A stretch of 26,994 bases of DNA from a virus, in IMG/VR virus record IMGVR_UViG_3300010970_000093, positions 1 through 26,994 of that record; one strand, 5' to 3'. Each line of letters opens with the position of its first letter. Position 1 is the stretch's first letter. The position numbers and the translations under genes are program-made. Shown piece after piece: positions 18,180 to 23,320 of the stretch. The notes beneath the pieces were generated by a model. The model did no database searches and had not been told where the DNA came from. It was given only the letters and a program-made list of their open reading frames with translations.

Positions 18180-18440
18180 ATGGAACCTACACTATTCACT
18201 AACCTAATCAAGGACTTGGGGCGATTCGAAACTAGATTCAAGGGCACACACGCAAGTGATGCACCCGAGGATCTAGTTTTTAAAGTAAAAGAACATGAGC
18301 CCGAATGCCCAAACTGTTTCGACGGTCTGGGACGTCAGGTCATGATTGAAAAGAAACAAGATATTAAATTTAGAACTTATTGGCGAATTAAGTGCAAATT
18401 TTGTCGTGCATTTAACCGCGTAAATCACCCAATTAGTTGA
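18180..18440 (+). CDS. Zinc-ribbon protein (CPNC...CKFC)
   Basis: 86 aa with two CxxC pairs. There is no SD. The start codon lies in the 3' arm of a perfect 7-bp inverted repeat (18161-18167/18176-18182). Confidence 0.55.
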   Translation: MEPTLFTNLIKDLGRFETRFKGTHASDAPEDLVFKVKEHEPECPNCFDGLGRQVMIEKKQDIKFRTYWRIKCKFCRAFNRVNHPIS

Positions 18441-18465
18441 CTATTTTTTAGAATTATGTTTAAAT
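18437..18465 (+). promoter_or_regulatory. Candidate sigma70-type promoter TTGACT-17-TTAAAT
   Basis: -35 at 18437-18442 overlaps the TGA of the Zn-ribbon ORF. -10 at 18460-18465. Predicted TSS near 18472. Confidence 0.4.
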
Positions 18466-18471
18466 AGTATT

Positions 18472-18668
18472 AAGAACAGTGTTAGGCCATCACATAACGC
18501 CATTTGTGAATCCTTAATCTGATTACCCATTCCTAACATTGTTCTGCTTATCATTGCGTCTAACACCCTATATTAGATGGATTTTTTGTTTACAGCGCGG
18601 CAATGCTATTCACCAAAACCAATGATAAGTCGAGAAGCTCCTGATGCAATGTCCGGGGCTTTTCTTTT
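18472..18668 (+). ncRNA. Candidate ~200-nt structured sRNA (promoter-to-terminator unit)
   Basis: 14-bp helix 18473-18486/18532-18545 (one G:U) encloses hairpin 18490-18494/18505-18509. 10-bp helix 18547-18556/18620-18629 encloses 18559-18563/18573-18577. It ends in the terminator at 18635-18668. No ORF. Confidence 0.45.
18635..18668 (+). terminator. Intrinsic terminator inside the non-coding block
   Basis: AAGCTCC (18635-18641) pairs with GGGGCTT (18655-18661), one G:U, 13-nt loop, then TTTTCTTTT. The 3' half GGGCTTTTCTTTTGG is identical to the terminator at 22885-22899. Confidence 0.55.
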
Positions 18669-18683
18669 GGCGGAAATAATCCC

Positions 18684-18712
18684 TTTACAATACCCTTTTA
18701 TTTGTCTATACT
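18684..18712 (+). promoter_or_regulatory. Strong sigma70-type promoter TTTACA-17-TATACT (probable early promoter)
   Basis: -35 at 18684-18689, exact 17-nt spacer, -10 at 18707-18712, with an AT-rich AAATAAT element upstream. Predicted TSS near 18719. Confidence 0.6.
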
Positions 18713-18796
18713 AAATAACTGTAGCTTTGCCGCAAACAAAAAATCTGTTAATTCGGATTTTAATTTGCGGCATGCTATGTTATATAGCACAAGGTT

Positions 18797-18846
18797 GACG
18801 GGCCGTTTAATCATACCGTTAGTGAATCCGTTCTGATGTGTGACGG
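18797..18846. repeat. Cluster of short CCGTT / GACGG repeats (iteron-like)
   Basis: GACGG at 18797 and 18842 flank three CCGTT copies at 18803, 18816 and 18828 (spacing 13 and 12 nt). Further GACGG copies occur at 18900 and 19136. Confidence 0.35.
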
Positions 18847-18940
18847 CAGCTAGATCCAATCGCTATAATTGGGCTTTTATGCACTACCCTTCGCTCTGCG
18901 ACGGATGCCTTAAATTAAACACGCTTGGCGTGCCACTAAT

Positions 18941-18971
18941 TTGCATAATCGGAATGGTTGAAATATATAAT
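18941..18971 (+). promoter_or_regulatory. Candidate internal promoter TTGCAT-17-TATATA (or 19-nt spacer to TATAAT)
   Basis: -35 at 18941-18946; -10 at 18964-18969 or 18966-18971. Confidence 0.3.
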
Positions 18972-19330
18972 TTCTTAATTAATCTATGGAACACTTAATG
19001 CATAGCAAACAGTGACCATTCTGTAATGTAGTCAATAAAGCACCTGAGAAGACTACTTAAAAATCCTTGTAAGTTGGGTAAGGAAGAGAGCCCATAACAG
19101 AAGTCCATAGTAAACAAAATCTTACTGTTCGACGCGACGGCAATAGCCCGCAAGTTTAGAGCATCACTCGAAGGAGTGGTGCTCTGGCTCTTGCAATGGA
19201 TGTCAATGACTTTACTTCATTACGAGTTTCAATTAAACTTAAAAGAAAGAAGTAATTGCTATAAAAACAAAATACGAGTTAGCGAGTGTTTTGTTTATGT
19301 AGTGATTAGAACTTAGTAAGATCTTATACT

Positions 19331-19531
19331 ATGAAATATACTAAACAAGAAACAGATGCTTGGAAAATCGGATTAAAGATTAGAGGAATAAAATCTAATA
19401 AGCGTAGGTCTGAACATCTTCCAAGTCCTATATTAATTGTCAATGCCCTAACTGGTGAACGAACAGAGGTTAAGCCAGTGACATATAAACCTACAGTAAA
19501 GAAACGTAAGTCTAAAAAGAAGTCAAAATAA
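19331..19531 (+). CDS. Small basic protein (66 aa, C-terminal KKRKSKKKSK)
   Basis: First ORF after the non-coding block. No clear SD. A TATACT hexamer abuts the ATG. Confidence 0.45.
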   Translation: MKYTKQETDAWKIGLKIRGIKSNKRRSEHLPSPILIVNALTGERTEVKPVTYKPTVKKRKSKKKSK

Positions 19532-19572
19532 TACCATTAGCTATACTTTTTCCATCATCCTACTAAATAAAG

Positions 19573-19974
19573 ATGAAGGAAAAACAAATGGCAGAATACG
19601 TTAAATTATCACCCAACCACTTAGACAAACTAATCACAGTTCTACAATGGACAGTTGATTACAAAGCACAAAGTCTCAGTCCACATAATTGGAAGACATT
19701 CGAAACAGAATACTTACCCAAGGCAATCAATGCTATTAGGGATAATAAATTTAAAGTTGCAGATGTTCACAATAACATTGTCACATGGCTTATAGACAAC
19801 ATTGTGCATTCACGCAAAGTAGTGGATGGGGTCACAAAGAAAGATTGGATACCACTCATCGACATTGAAGAAGTGCAGTCAGTGCTATCAATGCTCAGAG
19901 CCGCAAGTAAAGGTCAGTCCAGTTATAATCTTTACTCCAGCAACAATACAACATATCAAGATCTATTCCAGTAA
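19573..19974 (+). CDS. Hypothetical early protein
   Basis: The more likely start is the in-frame ATG at 19588, preceded by GAAGGA. Confidence 0.6.
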   Translation: MKEKQMAEYVKLSPNHLDKLITVLQWTVDYKAQSLSPHNWKTFETEYLPKAINAIRDNKFKVADVHNNIVTWLIDNIVHSRKVVDGVTKKDWIPLIDIEEVQSVLSMLRAASKGQSSYNLYSSNNTTYQDLFQ

Positions 19975-20024
19975 TAATAGTCTTTTAAAATGTATGTAAT
20001 AAATAACTATCAAGGAGATACACT

Positions 20025-20444
20025 ATGGCTAAAAGAAATTACCACAAATACAACTCACAATGGACTTGGATGCGAGCAGTAACATGCCGCCCTAATCACC
20101 CAAGTTATTACAAGTACGGTGCCAAGGGCATTGAATGCTTTTGGGAAAGAGGAGAATACTTCGAATTCGAAGCATGGATTGAAAAGCACTTAGGTCCAAG
20201 ACCAGCTGATCATCACTTGGGCAGAAAGAACAAGCTAGGACACTTCGAACCTAAGAATCTATTCTGGGAAACAAGCAAGCATCGTTCACGTAACATGCCC
20301 CAAATCAATACCATGCTTACCTATAAGCGTAAGACACAACCATTGGCTGTTTGGGCAGATGAATTAGGTGTGCCAGCTTACACTATTCGATCTAGATTAA
20401 AGCACGGACATACCATGGCACAAATTGTCAAGGAATTTAGTTAA
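20025..20444 (+). CDS. HNH-like / DNA-binding phage protein
   Basis: AAGGAG SD. The pattern W-x-W-M-R-x-x-x-C-x-x-P-N-H-P-S-Y-x-x-Y-G-A-K-G-I-E-C...G-P-R-P-x-x-H-H-L-G-R-K-N-K-L-G-H-F-E-P-K-N-L-x-W-E-T...R-N mirrors the common phage family Y-G-G-R-G-I...D-R-I-D-N-x-G-N-Y-E-P-x-N-C-R-W-A. There is a C-terminal HTH-like tail. Confidence 0.6.
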   Translation: MAKRNYHKYNSQWTWMRAVTCRPNHPSYYKYGAKGIECFWERGEYFEFEAWIEKHLGPRPADHHLGRKNKLGHFEPKNLFWETSKHRSRNMPQINTMLTYKRKTQPLAVWADELGVPAYTIRSRLKHGHTMAQIVKEFS

Positions 20445-20773
20445 TGGCTAGACCACGTAGATTCGACCGAGAGTTCGATCACAATCGTGCCAAGGCTTTC
20501 ATACGTAGTAAGTGTCAAGCTGACTATCGTGGAGAGCCTTGGGAATTAACACTCCCTCAGTATTGCACATTCTGGAAAACTGAAGAACGTTGGAAGCAAC
20601 GAGGTAGACATAGTGAAGACCTAGTGCTTACTCGCAAGGATGTTGAAAAGCCCTGGAATACCACTAACTGTGTGATCATAACTCGCATGGCGCATTTACA
20701 AGCAAAGAGCGCACGTGATAACGGATACGAATACTCACATTTTTATAAGGATGCTATCAAGTATGGAAAATGA
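20444..20773 (+). CDS. Hypothetical early protein (A-x-x-x-R-x-K-C-Q-A-D-Y-R-G-E-P-W-E-L-T family)
   Basis: TAATG overlap with the previous gene. 109 aa. Confidence 0.6.
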   Translation: MARPRRFDREFDHNRAKAFIRSKCQADYRGEPWELTLPQYCTFWKTEERWKQRGRHSEDLVLTRKDVEKPWNTTNCVIITRMAHLQAKSARDNGYEYSHFYKDAIKYGK

Positions 20774-21002
20774 TCTTTTTAATAACATATCTAACCCATA
20801 TGATAGAATAGAAGAACTAGAAACAGTCACTGAACAGATTGTTGAGGCATTGCAAGAAGGCAGCACAATTATGCAACACCAAGGTGAAACATTATTGCAA
20901 TTAACACGCCACGTAGAGAACATGAGTAGGGTAGTAAGAGGACAGCATACTCTAATCATGGACCTTCGCAAACAAATTATAAGGTTAGAAGAAAATCAAT
21001 GA
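20763..21002 (+). CDS. Hypothetical acidic coiled-coil protein (79 aa)
   Basis: I prefer ATG 20763 (MENDLFNN...) to the track start 20715, which lies deep inside the preceding gene. Confidence 0.55.
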   Translation: MENDLFNNISNPYDRIEELETVTEQIVEALQEGSTIMQHQGETLLQLTRHVENMSRVVRGQHTLIMDLRKQIIRLEENQ

Positions 21003-21229
21003 AAACAAAGAACACATTAAAGCCCGCATTGCTGGAAAGTGACGAAGTTAAAAGTTATGTAGTTAAGATTAATCTTAATGGTGGTCGTTGGGCAGAACTA
21101 GAGTTCAGTGGACGTGATATGGCACGTGATGAGTTTAACAGAATTAAAGCCGCGGGCATTTACTGCGGCGCTTGGGTTGACAGCATGGCCCTTGGTGAGA
21201 AAATTTTAACAGCAAAGGAAACAAAATGA
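20999..21229 (+). CDS. Hypothetical early protein (76 aa)
   Basis: ATGA overlap with the previous ORF. Confidence 0.6.
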   Translation: MKTKNTLKPALLESDEVKSYVVKINLNGGRWAELEFSGRDMARDEFNRIKAAGIYCGAWVDSMALGEKILTAKETK

Positions 21230-21363
21230 AAAACAAAAACGGCAAACTATGGCGCAAGATTGGTTACAGAAACCTCAGTGGTAGATTATATGGAGCAGCT
21301 AGACAGCAAGTCTACATCTCCAGTCCCAGTCCTTTAATTTTACATTTAATCAGTGGACTCTGA
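21226..21363 (+). CDS. Hypothetical small basic protein (45 aa); not in the ORF track
   Basis: ATGA overlap at 21226. Translation: MKNKNGKLWRKIGYRNLSGRLYGAARQQVYISSPSPLILHLISGL. Confidence 0.4.
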   Translation: MKNKNGKLWRKIGYRNLSGRLYGAARQQVYISSPSPLILHLISGL

Positions 21364-21562
21364 AATCGAAACAGATTGGCTCCAAGTTGATTCACTTCAA
21401 TTTTGGAAGACCAATGTAACAGCACGTGACATGCCCCAAGAAGACTACAGGTATGATGCAGTGCGTATGCAGTATTGGATTAGAAACCCTAGTCCAACTG
21501 CCACAATACTAGCCCTCAAGGGGGTTAGATTTGGTCCCAAGTGGGGTCAGTCCGTTTGGTAA
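21353..21562 (+). CDS. Hypothetical protein (GTG start, 69 aa)
   Basis: From the ORF track. Overlaps the previous small ORF by 11 nt. No SD. Confidence 0.4.
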   Translation: MDSEIETDWLQVDSLQFWKTNVTARDMPQEDYRYDAVRMQYWIRNPSPTATILALKGVRFGPKWGQSVW

Positions 21563-21565
21563 GAT

Positions 21566-21590
21566 CGTTGTAAAAACACAACGGGGTTTT
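21566..21590 (+). terminator. Weak terminator-like hairpin
   Basis: CGTTGT (21566-21571) pairs with ACAACG (21578-21583), followed by GGGTTTT. The T tract is short. Confidence 0.3.
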
Positions 21591-21616
21591 AAACACTTAG
21601 ACAGTATACTATTAAC

Positions 21617-21970
21617 ATGAACTTATTTTTAAGCAAAGAGCAAGTAGATGAAATGACCTATGAGGAATGTCAAGGTCATTTGGACATACTTCAGAAGAAT
21701 TACAAATTCGAGAAAACTATTAAGATTGACGAAGATTGGAAGGACATTGATGCATTGACGGACACCATTCTATATCTCGAAGATCGCATCAGTGAATACA
21801 ATAGTCCAAAGTTTGGAAGTCCCACTATTGAACCCGAATGCGACAGTGTCCAAACTCCTTTGGGCATATTTGGTTCAGCTAAACTTGCAGCCGAAGCACA
21901 CGGTTGGCACGTGACAAACATTTACTATCACATTAAGAAAAGTCCCAACGAATACAAAAGGCTCATATGA
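21617..21970 (+). CDS. Hypothetical protein with a C-terminal small DNA-binding-like module
   Basis: C-terminal TPLGIFGSAKLAAEAHGWHVTNIYYHIKKS resembles the short phage HTH/NUMOD-like motif T-P-x-G-x-F-x-S-x-x-x-A-A-x-x-x-G-x-x-x-x-x-I. Confidence 0.55.
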   Translation: MNLFLSKEQVDEMTYEECQGHLDILQKNYKFEKTIKIDEDWKDIDALTDTILYLEDRISEYNSPKFGSPTIEPECDSVQTPLGIFGSAKLAAEAHGWHVTNIYYHIKKSPNEYKRLI

Positions 21971-22221
21971 AATATCTCCTAATCATTCTTACCCTTTGTT
22001 CATTGACAGCCTGCGCACAATCAGGTGGATATGGTCGTAGTAGTGCCTACAACGATACACAGTATGTTCGCGACACCAAAGGAAATACTTTATACAAGAT
22101 ACAAGATGGAAACATTTACACTCCTAACGGCACAAGAACAGCTAAGATTGATAGCAGTGGTAATATCTATTCTACTCGTGGTGCTACTGCTGGACAACGA
22201 GTAGGCAGGATCAGCAAATGA
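21967..22221 (+). CDS. Lipoprotein (lipobox LTAC)
   Basis: Signal MKYLLIILTLCSLTAC followed by QSGG. The mature part has three G-N-x-x-Y type repeats. ATGA overlap upstream. Confidence 0.7.
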   Translation: MKYLLIILTLCSLTACAQSGGYGRSSAYNDTQYVRDTKGNTLYKIQDGNIYTPNGTRTAKIDSSGNIYSTRGATAGQRVGRISK

Positions 22222-22424
22222 AACCCGTTGAGCGTTCTGGATATATTGATGTTTGGATCATTGTGCAACAAGGTGTGGATGGAAAGTTCCTGCAACAAAC
22301 AACTCATATGGGCGCCTTGGGCAGTGGCTTTTTTGCCACACTAAAAGATGCACAACACGAGCAGACAATTCAGTTGTTAAAAGGCAACAAAGTCCAAATC
22401 TTTCACTTGGAATTCCCATTATAA
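22218..22424 (+). CDS. Hypothetical early protein (68 aa)
   Basis: ATGA overlap with the lipoprotein gene. Confidence 0.55.
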   Translation: MKPVERSGYIDVWIIVQQGVDGKFLQQTTHMGALGSGFFATLKDAQHEQTIQLLKGNKVQIFHLEFPL

Positions 22425-22460
22425 TTTGTTGCACAAAAACAACACATAATAACCCTACGA

Positions 22461-22489
22461 TTGTGCAGGGTATTGATTGAGGTTATAAT
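22461..22489 (+). promoter_or_regulatory. Candidate promoter TTGTGC-17-TATAAT
   Basis: Perfect -10 at 22484-22489. The -35 is weak and overlaps the 3' arm of hairpin 22430-22436/22461-22467. Confidence 0.35.
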
Positions 22490-22521
22490 AGATACATAGC
22501 AAACAACAACTGGATTAGAAA

Positions 22522-22839
22522 ATGAAAAAACTTATTGCAGCCTTACTGATTACCATTAGTCTTCCTGCATTGTCCATGGGTGATGATTACAAAAAAACAT
22601 CGAATGGCGGATATGTTTTTACTGGTGGATCACATCTTAAAGGTTGTAGCAACAAATTTCAAGTTGGATCTAGCACAAAACAGTTTGTAGTTGACTGCAT
22701 GAAAGTTGATGCTATTGCAGTTCGCACTCCAAACAAACAACGTTCTATTGTAGACCGTAATGGAAAACGAGAAATCATTGAGTTTGGACAAACAATTTTC
22801 TATTTCCAGAATGGCATACTCGACGGCATTATTCAATAA
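22522..22839 (+). CDS. Secreted (Sec signal peptide) small protein
   Basis: N-terminus MKKLIAALLITISLPALSMG. 105 aa with two Cys in the mature part. Confidence 0.65.
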   Translation: MKKLIAALLITISLPALSMGDDYKKTSNGGYVFTGGSHLKGCSNKFQVGSSTKQFVVDCMKVDAIAVRTPNKQRSIVDRNGKREIIEFGQTIFYFQNGILDGIIQ

Positions 22840-22868
22840 TTTAAGAAACTCCCAATAAGAGGAGGTTT

Positions 22869-22897
22869 AAGCCCACTTAACCGTGGGCTTTTCTTTT
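22869..22897 (+). terminator. Strong intrinsic terminator between the early genes and terS
   Basis: AAGCCCAC (22869-22876) pairs with GTGGGCTT (22883-22890): 8 bp perfect. Loop is ttaacc, then TTCTTTT. Confidence 0.85.
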
Positions 22898-22915
22898 GGA
22901 TACTTAAATATCATT

Positions 22916-23320
22916 ATGCAAGATAATGATGCAAATAATCCCACCTCTAGAAAGAAAACAGGACCTAAGCCTAAGGAACTGATCTCTGTTGAAGTAGTAG
23001 GATATGAGATCGGTAGAGGCCCTACTAAGCGTGTAGTATTCGACGATGACGTCTATAAGTTAGCTGCCATGGGTTGCACTAACAGAGAAATAGCAGTATG
23101 GTTCGACTGTGATGAAGATACTTTAAAACGCAACTTTGCGTCCATTATAGCAAAAGGACGTGAAGATATGAAACAGCGTCTAAGACAAGCACAGATTCGC
23201 CTAGCACTTAGCGGCAATGCTACAATGCTCATATGGTTAGGAAAGAACATCCTAGGACAATCAGATAGTCCACTAGACTCAGAAGCTAACACTCCATTAC
23301 CTTGGACTGACGAAGAATAA
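22916..23320 (+). CDS. terS: Terminase small subunit
   Basis: Directly upstream of terL and overlapping it (TAATG). HTH-like segment YKLAAMGCTNREIAVWF and ending NATMLIWLGKNILGQSD are typical of small terminases. ATG 22916 is preferred because the GTG at 22883 sits in the terminator stem. Confidence 0.75.
   Translation: MQDNDANNPTSRKKTGPKPKELISVEVVGYEIGRGPTKRVVFDDDVYKLAAMGCTNREIAVWFDCDEDTLKRNFASIIAKGREDMKQRLRQAQIRLALSGNATMLIWLGKNILGQSDSPLDSEANTPLPWTDEE

Larger units (their letters stand above)
18719..19330 (+). ncRNA. Candidate ~610-nt structured leader or ncRNA downstream of the early promoter
   Basis: No ORF. Helices: 18728-18736/18764-18772 with inner 18740-18745/18756-18761; 18773-18778/18784-18789; 18920-18924/18928-18932; 19028-19033/19051-19056; 19159-19169/19174-19184 (11 bp, one G:U, GAAG loop) closed by 19150-19154/19190-19194; 19265-19272/19289-19296. 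Confidence 0.4.

Noticed and set aside
18455-18490. Pistol-ribozyme-like string GTTTAAATAGTATTAAG
   Set aside because: It resembles part of the pistol core (GUUAAAUAG...UUAAG). However, there is no upstream P1 hairpin or pseudoknot partner, and the same bases are better explained as the -10 region of a promoter.
18577-18718. Possible 45-aa ORF (MDFLFTARQCYSPKP...) inside the non-coding block
   Set aside because: It has no SD. It runs through the terminator and the promoter elements. Its composition is unlike the other phage proteins.
18560-18850. Hammerhead or twister fragments (CTGATG at 18641 and 18833; CTAACACCC at 18560)
   Set aside because: The CUGAUGA and GAAA core elements are incomplete. 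The G-rich twister partner strands are absent.
18441-19330. tRNA, tmRNA, CRISPR repeat or solitary-repeat (RNA anti-CRISPR) in the non-coding block
   Set aside because: There is no cloverleaf with a GTTCGAATC-type T-loop. There are no regularly spaced direct repeats of 24-40 nt. None of the hairpins resembles a CRISPR repeat that I recognise, such as I-E, I-F, I-C or V-A.
18441-19330. Alternative genetic code (TAG or TGA read-through) hiding a protein gene in the gap
   Set aside because: All three + frames contain multiple TAA codons across the region, so no recoding of TAG or TGA opens a long frame.
22253-22480. 75-aa + strand ORF overlapping ORF 22218-22424 in another frame
   Set aside because: It has no SD and a Cys/Thr-rich low-complexity translation. 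The overlapped ORF is translationally coupled (ATGA) to the lipoprotein gene and is the better candidate.
22883-22915. GTG start at 22883 for the small terminase, as given by the ORF track
   Set aside because: The GTG is the first base pair of the 3' arm of a strong terminator hairpin, and the N-terminal extension MGFSFGYLNII would be encoded by the terminator U-tract. The in-frame ATG at 22916 is preferred.
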